Notes: generated by a model not told the origin, from the sequence alone. A stretch of 64,000 nucleotides of DNA from an uncultured Gammaproteobacteria bacterium (GCA_964503265.1 CAZCYO010000002.1:130604-194603); one strand, 5' to 3'. Positions 10,420 through 20,037 are shown, counted from the stretch's first letter. A program made the numbers and translations.

Positions 10420-11412
10420 CTATTTGCTACGCTTGTATCTGAATAAACCAGACACTGGAATAACTTCTACTCCTTTCTTTTCAAGTGCATCTAAGAAAAT
10501 ATTCGCACCTATCGAATCTGCTGCCATATGACCACAGTCAATAACATTTACATGATGTTTCTTAAGCTCTGTCAATGCATCTTCTGCCACATGCATTTCA
10601 ACAATAGTTCCGACACCAGCTTTCGCCATTTCAACATAAAGTTCCTTCGATGGATTAGTTCCACCGGTGAAACTGACAACTACTTTACCTGCTCGACGAT
10701 TTTTCGATCCAGAAACAATCTCAGGTCCAGCTTTCTGACGATGTGCTTCTGTGAATTCTGGAATATCATTAATCACATCGAGAACATCTCCTGCTGTTTC
10801 GAAAGTATTTTTCGCAAATAAATCCTTCATGAATTTATCTCCTAAGTTATCCCAGATCGTATGAAGCGCCATATATGGCATTTCAAGAGCTCGTGCGATA
10901 TCAACAGCCTGGCCATGATTAATCGGTCCAAAGCGACGTTTCACTAGTCCCATTCTTTCTTCAAATAGTGCCTGTGCGACGTTTTCAGGAACTCCAGCTT
11001 TAGCGAACATATCGATTTGAAGATCCATCACTTCATGAAGTGCAGCGAGTGCATGACCACTTGGATGATGCGAAATGACCAATCCGATATCGCGCCCTTT
11101 TTCATTTAGTCTATCTGCTAGAAGTACTTCGGCACCATCGGTATCTATCCCAGCTAACACTTGTTTTACCTGTTTTTTAGGATCACCAAACAGAAGTCGT
11201 GAATCAGAATAGGGATTCGTGAGGGATTCAGTATCGTAGAGTTTTTTCTTTTTTTCTGGGAGTTCATCGTAGGCTTTTTTCGCCTTTTTCATGACTTCTT
11301 TCAGTCGAGCCGTGCCGCGTGGATCTGCAGCCATACCCATTTCAAGTGCTAAGTCATATATTTGTTGTATAGTCATGCTTCTGAGTATATAATAGAGAGG
11401 CTCAAAAATCAA
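10420..11412 (-). CDS. NIF3-family dinuclear-metal-centre protein (longer than typical, with an N-terminal extension)
   Basis: ISHHP and C-terminal VIDCGHMAADSIG motifs resemble NIF3/YqfO metal-binding His clusters. Confidence 0.5.
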   Translation of the reverse strand: MIFEPLYYILRSMTIQQIYDLALEMGMAADPRGTARLKEVMKKAKKAYDELPEKKKKLYDTESLTNPYSDSRLLFGDPKKQVKQVLAGIDTDGAEVLLADRLNEKGRDIGLVISHHPSGHALAALHEVMDLQIDMFAKAGVPENVAQALFEERMGLVKRRFGPINHGQAVDIARALEMPYMALHTIWDNLGDKFMKDLFAKNTFETAGDVLDVINDIPEFTEAHRQKAGPEIVSGSKNRRAGKVVVSFTGGTNPSKELYVEMAKAGVGTIVEMHVAEDALTELKKHHVNVIDCGHMAADSIGANIFLDALEKKGVEVIPVSGLFRYKRSK

Positions 11413-11427
11413 TGAAAACTGATGATG

Positions 11428-11446
11428 AGATCCTATGATTCCCGAT
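11428..11446. repeat. palindrome TTCCCGA-TCAAG-TCGGGAA (6-5-6) upstream of tRNA-Leu
   Basis: Read directly. A second near-identical copy lies at 13488..13506. Confidence 0.6.
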
Positions 11447-11487
11447 CAAGTCGGGAATGACAACTATCGTTAAGATAATAGGAATTA

Positions 11488-11571
11488 GCCGAGGTGGCGG
11501 AATGGTATACGCGGCAGTCTCAAAAACTGCTGGCCTTAACGGCCTTGAGGGTTCGAGTCCCTCCCCCGGTA
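11488..11571 (+). tRNA. tRNA-Leu (anticodon CAA), class II with long variable arm; CCA not encoded
   Basis: Acceptor GCCGAGG, D-arm GCGGAATGGTATACGCG, anticodon stem-loop GCAGT-CTCAAAA-ACTGC, variable arm GGCC-TTAAC-GGCC, T-arm GAGGG-TTCGAGT-CCCTC, 3' acceptor strand CCCCGGT (one A:C mismatch, one G:U), discriminator A. Confidence 0.8.
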
Positions 11572-11600
11572 CAAATTATGATATTCTAAAGTTACTGTTT

Positions 11601-12440
11601 ATGTCAGAATTAACTGGTTCAAATAATCCCTCAACTATAGAGATAAATCCTCCATTAGAAGTAGAGGGTGAAAAAAGGAGAAAAATTGCAGAAATAACAA
11701 CTGCTGATCAGACAGCATTTGAGGAGTGGACAAAAGATAAAGATCATGCCCGTAGACTGGGCATGCCCAAAGAAGTACTACGGTATTTACTTATTCCACA
11801 ACGAACTCTTGAATTAGCAGATGACCCAACGAATGTAGATTTATTGATCATTAATCAAGATCCACAAAAGGTAAAGTCTTTCGTAATCGAACATAAGACA
11901 CACCCTATTTCAAATCATACTAGCCTACTGACATATTGGAAAAATGAGGAACGTTTAAGAAGCGAAGGAGAAGCACGCGCTCAAGCAACCGGTGGACTGT
12001 TTATATTCGTTTCCTCCGAGCCTCCACCAGACGTAGATCTATATCATGCACGAAATAGGGATCTCATTGAAAATGGACAATTAGGATTAAATGATTATGT
12101 CACCAACGATATTTCTTTATCTATATCCAATGGTGATCAGATAAATGTAGGAAATTATCAAGATCGAGAAGAGTTTAGGGGAAAAGGTATAGCTACCTCA
12201 TTTTATTCAAGATTACATAACGCCGCAGGAGAAATGGGAATTAGGTTTATTACAGGATTAAATAATCGACGTAATATTAGTTACTTTACTGATAAACTCG
12301 GCAGGAGCACACTTGCAGAAATAAAGCCAGAATTAAGAACAACCTTTAATAGTAATCCAAGTGGAGAAATTTTGGAAAATCTCACAATTGATTTTATCAA
12401 ACCCGAAGATCAAGCAGCTTTCGTCTCCTCTGAAAAATAA
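11601..12440 (+). CDS. hypothetical protein with C-terminal GNAT-like acetyltransferase motif
   Basis: Start moved to Met at 11601 because the ORF-track start (11457) runs through the tRNA gene. Motif ...EEFRGKGIATSFYSRLHNAAGEMGIRFITG resembles the GNAT acetyl-CoA binding R/Q-x-x-G-x-G/A motif. Confidence 0.4.
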   Translation: MSELTGSNNPSTIEINPPLEVEGEKRRKIAEITTADQTAFEEWTKDKDHARRLGMPKEVLRYLLIPQRTLELADDPTNVDLLIINQDPQKVKSFVIEHKTHPISNHTSLLTYWKNEERLRSEGEARAQATGGLFIFVSSEPPPDVDLYHARNRDLIENGQLGLNDYVTNDISLSISNGDQINVGNYQDREEFRGKGIATSFYSRLHNAAGEMGIRFITGLNNRRNISYFTDKLGRSTLAEIKPELRTTFNSNPSGEILENLTIDFIKPEDQAAFVSSEK

Positions 12441-12515
12441 ATGGAATGATGGATTTGACTAAGTATCAAGAAATCTACTCAAAATAGTCCGCTCATGTTA
12501 TTCCTCCCTTTAAAC

Positions 12516-12572
12516 GCAAAAACCCCTCCAGACAGAGTGTCGGGAGGGGTTTTGCACGGTACAATTTTTTTT
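12516..12572. terminator. bidirectional rho-independent terminator between converging genes
   Basis: GCAAAAACCCCTCC-(13 nt)-GGAGGGGTTTTGC, a 13-bp GC-rich stem, followed by TTTTTTTT on the plus strand and a T-rich run on the minus strand. Confidence 0.55.
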
Positions 12573-12589
12573 GCGGAATTGGAGTACTG

Positions 12590-13021
12590 CTACTCCTCAG
12601 AGGTGAGATTGAATGGAGCGATCCAGAAATCGTATTCCCGATTACGGCGCTCGCGCTGTTCTCGTTCGTACAGACATTCTGGACACTCATCACTCGACAC
12701 CGGTAAAGCATCCCGGTAACCTTTGTTAAACCGGGTGATGCATTCCTGCTCAAGATTGCTACCACGTGGAGCAGTAAAAACGTGGCGACCGTATTGGCAC
12801 TGGACGTTGTAGGGTGTGTAATCCTCGTCTGTGCCACTGAGAATCCGCGCAATGATGTTGCCGCCTCCTTTTCCCCATTGGGAATCGGAGAGCATCTGGA
12901 CCAATTCCATGGTCTCTTGGACCTCAGGGGAAATCTCGACTGGCGGTGCTGGCAATGTGCCGTAAAGCGCATTGACTCGCCGGCGGGTCGAGTTCGATAG
13001 AAGTTCGAACATGGTTGCCAT
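12590..13021 (-). CDS. hypothetical protein (GC-rich islet gene 2; Cys pairs CQYGRH...CPECLYE may bind metal)
   Basis: 143-aa ORF in a segment whose GC content (~55% by eye) is far above the window background. The competing overlapping ORF 12493..12972 looks compositionally artificial. Confidence 0.35.
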   Translation of the reverse strand: MATMFELLSNSTRRRVNALYGTLPAPPVEISPEVQETMELVQMLSDSQWGKGGGNIIARILSGTDEDYTPYNVQCQYGRHVFTAPRGSNLEQECITRFNKGYRDALPVSSDECPECLYEREQRERRNREYDFWIAPFNLTSEE

Positions 13022-13051
13022 TATGGAGTACTCCTTGCCGCTGGAAGCGGC

Positions 13052-13396
13052 CTATACACGAGCAGCACGCCGAGCTTGGCGCGCTGCAGCTTTGTGGCTA
13101 ACCCTTGGGGTTGCCACGACGGGAATCATGGGCGTGGAGGGGACCTTAGTTAATTCCCTCCAATTCCTGGGAGTAGCCATATTCCAGCCATCCCGTTCGA
13201 TTTGCGATGTCCCTTCGGACGTCTTAACAGTAAGGATGGCTTTGGGATACGTCGGCGGACCATTCGGTCCATCCACATACTTGAAATAGAGATGTTCTCC
13301 ATGATTCGTGATTTCCTCAAAGCTGAGGCGTTCGTGTGAGAATTTGGAACGTCCGACTTCTTCACCATTGACGGTGAGTGTGAGTTCGTAGCGCAT
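13052..13396 (-). CDS. hypothetical protein (GC-rich islet gene 1; Arg-rich C-terminus)
   Basis: 114-aa ORF in the same high-GC segment, 30 nt upstream of the previous gene on the same strand. Confidence 0.35.
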   Translation of the reverse strand: MRYELTLTVNGEEVGRSKFSHERLSFEEITNHGEHLYFKYVDGPNGPPTYPKAILTVKTSEGTSQIERDGWNMATPRNWRELTKVPSTPMIPVVATPRVSHKAAARQARRAARV

Positions 13397-13487
13397 GAAT
13401 CCTCCTTATACGATAGCCATCAATCCACGGAACCATTTTAGCGAGTATAGTTACTCACCAAAACGGTTCCATAGATGTATATTCCGC

Positions 13488-13506
13488 AAATCCCGATTAA
13501 ATCGGG
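13488..13506. repeat. palindrome ATCCCGA-TTAAA-TCGGGAC (6-5-6), second copy of the TCCCGA-N5-TCGGGA motif
   Basis: Read directly. Lies ~95 bp upstream of the start of the GC-rich islet operon (minus strand) and ~150 bp downstream of the ddl stop. Confidence 0.6.
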
Positions 13507-13650
13507 ACAAATTGTAAACGTGCAAAGAAAATATATATGAAGATTATGATAGACAGAAAATGAGTCTAGGTAAACGTCAAATATAGCCGTGAATATAGCA
13601 TAAAATGGAAAGAAAGTCAAACTATGGGCTTATTTATTATTGATAATAAC

Positions 13651-14793
13651 TTACTTCGCTTGAAGAGCTAACTGAATAAGTTCGTCAATTAATTCACTGT
13701 ATACTACACCGCTTGCTTCCCATAATTTCGGGTACATACTAATTTTCGTAAATCCTGGCATCGTATTAATTTCATTAACATAGAGCATTCCTTCTTCTGT
13801 GAGAAAGAAATCCACTCGAGATAGTCCTCGTGCTTCAAGAACTTGGAAGGTTTTAATGGCTAAACGCTGTACTTCTTTAAGTGTTTCCTCTGAAATGTCT
13901 GCTGGGATTTGTAATTTCGCTCCATTTTCATCGAGATATTTCGCATCGTAATCATAAAATTCATGTGTCGGGATGATTTCTCCAGCGATTGATGCTTTTG
14001 GATCATCGTTCCCAAGTACTGCACACTCAATTTCTCGACCTTTTATAAATTCCTCGATAATAATTTTCCGGTCATGAGTAAATGCTTCAGTGATTGCTTG
14101 TTCGAGTTCTGCTCTATCATGTGCTTTACTGACTCCAACTGATGAGCCTAGATTAGCGGGCTTTACGAAGAGAGGTAACCCAAAGTCTTCAATGATTTGA
14201 TCAATAGTTAATTTGTCATCCCCGACCCGATCGGGGATCCATTCAACCATCTCCTTAGCCTGGATTCCCGTTTTCACGGGAATGACAGATGAGCGGCGTA
14301 AAACCAAGAATTTCCCGATAGGAATCCCTGCATCTCGAAGAAGGCGCTTCATCACATCTTTATCCATTCCGACGGCGGATCCTAATACATCTGACCCGAC
14401 GAATGGAATTCCAAGTGTTTTAAGCATTCCCTGGATGGTTCCGTCCTCACCCATAGGGCCGTGAAGAAGTGGAAACACTACCATGTCATGTTGAGCTGAA
14501 TTGGACATCTCACTAGTACCTTGACGGTGATCCTGAACCAAGTTCAGGATGACATTATTTTTTGTATTCTCGGTTATGAGAGATTTCTCGCTGTCACTCG
14601 AAATGACAAGTGTAGGCGAAGATAGTTGACTAATTGAAATATCATGCCAGGTTCCTTTTTTTGAAATATAAATTGGAGTGACTTCATATTTTTCTTTATC
14701 GAGAGCCGCATAGACGTTTTTCGCAGATTGAATCGATACATCATGTTCTGCTGACTGTCCGCCAAATAATAATACTACTCGTATTTTCTTCAT
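13651..14793 (-). CDS. ddl: D-alanine--D-alanine ligase
   Basis: MKKIRVVLLFGGQSAEHDVSIQSA... and ATP-grasp C-terminal motifs. Start ATG (14793-14791) overlaps the murF stop (14792-14790) in an ATGA arrangement. Confidence 0.9.
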   Translation of the reverse strand: MKKIRVVLLFGGQSAEHDVSIQSAKNVYAALDKEKYEVTPIYISKKGTWHDISISQLSSPTLVISSDSEKSLITENTKNNVILNLVQDHRQGTSEMSNSAQHDMVVFPLLHGPMGEDGTIQGMLKTLGIPFVGSDVLGSAVGMDKDVMKRLLRDAGIPIGKFLVLRRSSVIPVKTGIQAKEMVEWIPDRVGDDKLTIDQIIEDFGLPLFVKPANLGSSVGVSKAHDRAELEQAITEAFTHDRKIIIEEFIKGREIECAVLGNDDPKASIAGEIIPTHEFYDYDAKYLDENGAKLQIPADISEETLKEVQRLAIKTFQVLEARGLSRVDFFLTEEGMLYVNEINTMPGFTKISMYPKLWEASGVVYSELIDELIQLALQAK

Positions 14794-16058
14794 AAACCTG
14801 CCTGTTTCCGTTTTCTCTCCCAAAATGCATCCTGCCGACACAATTTCTCTTTATCTTTCTGATTTTCAAGGAGTTTTGCGATTACCCCTTCAAGTAGTCT
14901 TCCACCTTTGAATAGTACTGTCTCTCCCCCATTCAAATGCTTCTCAAGGTATGAAAGGACCTCAGTAGGTTCATTTATAACGATAACAGAATTACCATAT
15001 GTACTATCTACTATAGGATGTATGTATTTTCCCCCATTCTTCCCGTATAGAATAAGTTTTTCAAAGGGCATAGGAAGTAACACTTCTGCTAACTTTTCAT
15101 GCTCCGCTTCAGATTGTTCTCCCTGTTCCATCAGATCACCAATAACAGCCCATTTATGTTTTCCAGGCATTTGCGCATACATGTCTAAAATCGTCTGCAT
15201 GGAGGCTACATTTGCGTTATAGCAGCTATCAACAATCGTTATGTCTTTCTTCCCTTTAAAGACTGAACTTCGACCAGGTGGTAAGTGAAAGGTAGCAAAT
15301 GAATCATCAACGGTAATGTCCATATACTGACAAAGCTCAATCGTCATCATAATCCCATAGGCTACTTCTTCTGGAAGAAGATACGGAAAGGTAAACTTCT
15401 TATTTTCAATCGCAAAACTAGCTCCTTTTTCAGACACATGATATCCATTCAGGAATTGTTTTTTCTTGAGATTAACCACTTTTGATTTCGCGTGCTTTGC
15501 TTGGTCAACCATATCTGAGTTATCCCCATCTATAAAAGAAATTTCTGAAGTGTTCTTAAGAAATTGCCCAAATTCATATGCGATCGCTTCCTCAGTCGAC
15601 TTAAATTTCTTCGATTTAAGTACGTCATCGAAATTCATACTGTGTGTCTTTCCTGAACTAACCCAAAGTGTTATCGCTGGTTTAAGGAGTTCTGCTAAAA
15701 ATGCCCCTTCACCAGGACGATCACAATCTGCTTCAACGATATAGAGATTTTCTCGTGGAACTGGCGTAAATACTTTAAAAGGGGTTACTAAAAATAGTTT
15801 TATCCATTCGCCATATGTATATGATTCTCGGTGCAGTCCTAAAATATCAAAAGGAATCCCGAATGAACTATTCGCATGATGCGAGTATTTCGCTATATTT
15901 CCGATCTGAGATTCGACTAAATGAAGGAGTGTTGTTTTCCCACTTGATCCTGTAATGACAATGATTCGTGGATGCCAAAGCATAAGACGAATCTGAGCAA
16001 ATATCCGAAAGTACCATGCAATAGGGAAAAAAAGTTTTTCTTTAAGAATATCAATCAT
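14790..16058 (-). CDS. murF: UDP-N-acetylmuramoyl-tripeptide--D-alanyl-D-alanine ligase (Mur ligase family)
   Basis: Mur ligase P-loop IVITGSSGKTT; translationally coupled to ddl, as in many murF-ddl operons. Confidence 0.7.
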   Translation of the reverse strand: MIDILKEKLFFPIAWYFRIFAQIRLMLWHPRIIVITGSSGKTTLLHLVESQIGNIAKYSHHANSSFGIPFDILGLHRESYTYGEWIKLFLVTPFKVFTPVPRENLYIVEADCDRPGEGAFLAELLKPAITLWVSSGKTHSMNFDDVLKSKKFKSTEEAIAYEFGQFLKNTSEISFIDGDNSDMVDQAKHAKSKVVNLKKKQFLNGYHVSEKGASFAIENKKFTFPYLLPEEVAYGIMMTIELCQYMDITVDDSFATFHLPPGRSSVFKGKKDITIVDSCYNANVASMQTILDMYAQMPGKHKWAVIGDLMEQGEQSEAEHEKLAEVLLPMPFEKLILYGKNGGKYIHPIVDSTYGNSVIVINEPTEVLSYLEKHLNGGETVLFKGGRLLEGVIAKLLENQKDKEKLCRQDAFWERKRKQAGL

Positions 16059-16112
16059 ATTAGGACATTTTACCCGTTAACCGTAGAAAAAACTAGTAAA
16101 GTAATACAACTA

Positions 16113-18011
16113 TTATTTTCTCACACCACAACACCTGCCTACCCAGGCGTCACTTCCCCATTTGGTGGAATACTGGTCAACACATGAATTTACTTTTCCA
16201 CAGCCACATTCTTCAAATACACACGTGTAATTTCCTTTTTTACAGCTCCCACTAAATCCTCTATTTGGAGACTCCCCACATGCATTTACTGGAGGTTGTG
16301 GTTGTGTTACTACTTGTACTGGTGATACAACAGCTGGGTCGGTAGACGGAATCTTCGTGTCAACTTTTGGTGTTGCTGGTTGAGATGGTGAGTCTTGTGG
16401 AGGAAAATCTCGCCACGGATTAGGTTTGGTAGTCCATTCAGCTGCGGCATTTAACGCACAAACCCAATCTCCCTCAGTACATGTTGAGCGAATACAATTT
16501 TCCCCAGTTCCTGCATCTTCAATACCTGATGTAACAGATGGATTTGGACATTTATTCGTACCACCTTGTGTCGTATACACAGGTGTTATCTGTGGTATAG
16601 GTTTTTTATTAGATTGTGGACTTCCACCATCAATGGGTACACTTTGAGAAGTCCCAACCAATGAATCAAGTTTGTCATTTATAGCTTTTTGGGAAACAAG
16701 ATTATAATCAGTATACGGATATGTATCGGGGTTATATCCATGTTTTCCACCTCTTCCCATCGCACTTCCTTCTGCTGATCTGAACCAATTCGCATAATGA
16801 CAGCCTTGGAAATATGTTATATCTCCAATAGTTGTTGCCCAACGTTCATCCTTTTGAGCTACATTACTACAATTTGGCCCAAGTGTTATATCATCTTCAC
16901 TAAACCTATCTGACCCATCAGGCTTGGTATATACATACTCATCATATAATCCCATTATATGCCCAAATTCATGTACAAAATTTTTTTCATTTTTAGGATG
17001 ATTCTGTAAAAAAGCTAGTGTTCCATCAATAAATGCACTTCCATCACGCTTCTCTCCATTATATTTATTACTAATAATGACAATTTTATCGTAGGATATT
17101 CCAGCATCAGCTAGTACCGTTTCTGGATTCACGTCACTATTGCACCAAAAAGTCCCTTGATCGTAGTCACAACCCAGATCATCATTGGTGTACCAAAATT
17201 TTTTAAAGTTAATTTGGTCTTGTCGATAAGAAAATGGAGCTTTTTGGAGTAAGAAATTAGCAAATCGCTGAGCATCAGACTCAAATGCTTGCTTTCCAGA
17301 ATCACTTTTTTCATAGTGGTCACTAATAAAAACAATCTGAAGTTTATTATTCTCAGCAGCAAATGCATGATGTACCCATGAGAAAGAATGCAAAAGGGTT
17401 GTGCGTACAGAATCAATCAAACCCGTAGGTAATAACGATAGCTCTTTTCTTTCAGTTTCAGATAAATGATATACATTACTTACGACGTTGTTATTAGTTA
17501 CAATTTGGATACTAGCAATACTCTGAAGATATGGAGTTACAAGTACCATATTTCTTTTAGATAGTAACAAGGTTCCGCTATTTGCATCAGATTCTGCAGA
17601 AAGCATGGTATACACATTAAATGGTTGTTTGTACAAAAGTGTTCCTTGTACATCTCTATATTCAACCGTATACAACACAGTCGTTTTTGCATATTTAGGA
17701 ACAGTACCTTTCGATAATGAAACATTTTGAATCAAAAAAAGAGGTGTTTGTTTTTTGTCGTACGTTAGTGAAAGATGCAGGGTTTTATTAGGATACATGG
17801 TGATAAGAGATTGTTGCTGAGACACCTGAGGAATTGCTGTGACAGATTTTTTCGTTGGTGATGAGAACGATGACAGTAATACAATCCCTACACATAGGAA
17901 AATACCGATAGTAAGTATCAGCCATTTGAATGTACGGAGTTTCGTAAAAAATAGTTGGCTTCTCGTTTCGTTTTCTTGAGAAAAATTTTCGTATGTATAA
18001 CGTTGTTCCAT
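16113..18011 (-). CDS. secreted/membrane-anchored zinc metallopeptidase-like protein (HEFGHIMGLYDEY; M64-like motif) with Cys-rich C-terminal module
   Basis: N-terminal TM/signal anchor, HExxH...GLxDEY motif, and a C-terminal 60 residues holding about 10 Cys. Confidence 0.5.
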   Translation of the reverse strand: MEQRYTYENFSQENETRSQLFFTKLRTFKWLILTIGIFLCVGIVLLSSFSSPTKKSVTAIPQVSQQQSLITMYPNKTLHLSLTYDKKQTPLFLIQNVSLSKGTVPKYAKTTVLYTVEYRDVQGTLLYKQPFNVYTMLSAESDANSGTLLLSKRNMVLVTPYLQSIASIQIVTNNNVVSNVYHLSETERKELSLLPTGLIDSVRTTLLHSFSWVHHAFAAENNKLQIVFISDHYEKSDSGKQAFESDAQRFANFLLQKAPFSYRQDQINFKKFWYTNDDLGCDYDQGTFWCNSDVNPETVLADAGISYDKIVIISNKYNGEKRDGSAFIDGTLAFLQNHPKNEKNFVHEFGHIMGLYDEYVYTKPDGSDRFSEDDITLGPNCSNVAQKDERWATTIGDITYFQGCHYANWFRSAEGSAMGRGGKHGYNPDTYPYTDYNLVSQKAINDKLDSLVGTSQSVPIDGGSPQSNKKPIPQITPVYTTQGGTNKCPNPSVTSGIEDAGTGENCIRSTCTEGDWVCALNAAAEWTTKPNPWRDFPPQDSPSQPATPKVDTKIPSTDPAVVSPVQVVTQPQPPVNACGESPNRGFSGSCKKGNYTCVFEECGCGKVNSCVDQYSTKWGSDAWVGRCCGVRK

Positions 18012-18013
18012 AA

Positions 18014-18658
18014 TTAGTTAAATACAAACTGCATCATGTGACACATATTTAGCTGCGTGACTGTTGCTTTTATTCCTGGAATAAATGTTCCAACTTGCAA
18101 AGCACTATTTGCTGCAAGTACTTTTTTAGATGTCTGCATATTAGCTATAGCTATCTTTGGGAAGTTATTTTCCCTGTTACTTTGTTTACGTGTACATGTT
18201 GCATCTGCACGAATTGTATAAATATCTCCATGTTTAACTACGCTTCTTTTTGGTGTTGTATACGTCCATTGCGATTCAAAAAGGCTTCCTGTCTGGTCAC
18301 TAGGAGATTTCGTGCTGATAATTTCAGGAGACACTGATAACTCTTCAATTGTATTATTCCGCTCTCTAAGCTCGTGAAACCTAACAGCTATGACATCGAC
18401 CCCTGATAACCCTGAAGTTACTTTTATGCGATACGAAAATGTCGTAGTACTATCAGTAGCAATCTCTGTCGCATTCAAACTTTCACAGCTACAATGTGGT
18501 TCTTCCGTAACGACATTCTCTGAGGCATGTTGCCTATTATCTTGTGAATAAGAGAGGGTAAAAAGAGTAGTAGGTATTGCCAGTAGAATCACAATTATCC
18601 CAAACAAACGTATGTTCTTTTGTAGAGTAAATCGACTAAAAAAAGGTACATTTTTCAC
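18014..18658 (-). CDS. hypothetical membrane-anchored secreted protein
   Basis: N-terminal TM helix; ends 2 nt upstream of the next gene on the same strand. Confidence 0.4.
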   Translation of the reverse strand: MKNVPFFSRFTLQKNIRLFGIIVILLAIPTTLFTLSYSQDNRQHASENVVTEEPHCSCESLNATEIATDSTTTFSYRIKVTSGLSGVDVIAVRFHELRERNNTIEELSVSPEIISTKSPSDQTGSLFESQWTYTTPKRSVVKHGDIYTIRADATCTRKQSNRENNFPKIAIANMQTSKKVLAANSALQVGTFIPGIKATVTQLNMCHMMQFVFN

Positions 18659-18711
18659 AAAAAAGTAGTTGCATTTTTATTGTATGGAAAAAGCGGTCAA
18701 AATAAAAGTGG

Positions 18712-20037
18712 CTAGGTTACTTCGTGTCCTCGATCAACGCTATAAAATTTAATTCTGTCACCACGGAATAAGAGATCTATCTCTCCTGTCGCGCCATTTC
18801 GATGTTTGGCGATGAGAAGTTTCGCTGGAATGTTCGGGCCTGCTGCTTCAGCATCAGGACGATAGATAAACATAACGACGTCAGCATCCTGCTCGATCGC
18901 TCCTGATTCTCGAAGATCTGAAAGTTGTGGTTTACGCTCACCGCGCTGTTCAACGGCACGAGACAGCTGAGAAGCAGACAATACAGGGACATTAAGTTCA
19001 CGGGCTAAATTTTTAAGCGATTTAGAGATTTCAGAAACTTCGACTGTTCTACTTTCTAAATTTCGTCCTGGATGAATAAGCTGAAGATAGTCAACCATAA
19101 AAATTCCGATGTTATGCTCAAGCTGGAGTCGTCTGGCTTTACTTCGCATCTCACTAATAGAGATACCTGGTGTATCATCGATAAAAATTGGTGCGTCAGC
19201 GAGCTGTCCCATCGCTTCTGATAATTTCGTAAAATCATCTTCAGATAATTTACCAGTTTTGAGTCTCCATGCATCCACATCTGCTTGTCCAACAAGCATA
19301 CGGTCCACCAATTCTTCCTTACTCATTTCCAGTGAGAAAATACCAAGTGGTATCTTATCTTTAACCGCCATAGAAAGTGCCATATTAAGCATAAGTGCTG
19401 TTTTTCCCTGTCCTGGACGTGCAGCAAGAATAAGAAGATTTGATTTCTGCATTCCAGAAAGCGTATTATCGAGATCAACAAATCCTGACGGAACACCACG
19501 GAGTCCGGCTCCACTTTTATGAAGCTCGTCGATTCGATCAAAACTTTCAGCGAGGGTATCTTTAATTGCTAAAAATCCTCTTGTGATATTTCCTTGGGAG
19601 ATTGCGAAAATTGATGATTCTGCCTGGTCGATAATTTCTTTTACTTCTTTATCTTCCTGAAATCCAAGTTCTGCGATTTCACCACCAGCTCGAATAAATG
19701 AACGCTTTGTGCCAGCATCGCGAACAATTTTCGCATAATGCTCCACATTTGCAGCAGTCGGAACGACATTCACGAGATCTGTTAGATATGATGAAGTAAC
19801 TTTCTTTCCGTCTTTATGCTTTTTAAGTTCATCAGCAATGGTCAGTAGATCGATCGGCCTTCTATCATCGATTAGTGTTAACATCGCTTCGTAGATAAGT
19901 CCATTCAAATCGTTATAGAAGTGAGACGGAAGTAAAAATGCTGAAACGAGGTTGATCGCTTCTTTATCAATAAGAACAGCACCTAATACACTTTGTTCAG
20001 CTTCGTCGCTATGTGGGAGAGTGCGGATAATGGCCAT
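18712..20037 (-). CDS. dnaB: replicative DNA helicase DnaB
   Basis: N-terminal DnaB domain (EAEQSVLGAVLID) and RecA-like core (ILAARPGQGKTALMLNMAL; Walker B and downstream motifs). Confidence 0.9.
   Translation of the reverse strand: MAIIRTLPHSDEAEQSVLGAVLIDKEAINLVSAFLLPSHFYNDLNGLIYEAMLTLIDDRRPIDLLTIADELKKHKDGKKVTSSYLTDLVNVVPTAANVEHYAKIVRDAGTKRSFIRAGGEIAELGFQEDKEVKEIIDQAESSIFAISQGNITRGFLAIKDTLAESFDRIDELHKSGAGLRGVPSGFVDLDNTLSGMQKSNLLILAARPGQGKTALMLNMALSMAVKDKIPLGIFSLEMSKEELVDRMLVGQADVDAWRLKTGKLSEDDFTKLSEAMGQLADAPIFIDDTPGISISEMRSKARRLQLEHNIGIFMVDYLQLIHPGRNLESRTVEVSEISKSLKNLARELNVPVLSASQLSRAVEQRGERKPQLSDLRESGAIEQDADVVMFIYRPDAEAAGPNIPAKLLIAKHRNGATGEIDLLFRGDRIKFYSVDRGHEVT

Noticed and set aside
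11457-11600. 5' part of ORF-track CDS 11457..12440 (MTTIVKIIGISRGGG...)
   Set aside because: This segment is the tRNA-Leu gene translated in-frame; the real CDS most plausibly starts at Met 11601.
12493-12972. 159-aa minus-strand ORF overlapping the 143-aa ORF in another frame
   Set aside because: Low-complexity, compositionally biased translation typical of spurious ORFs in GC-rich DNA; it runs through the bidirectional terminator hairpin. The 143-aa frame looks protein-like. Neither is certain.
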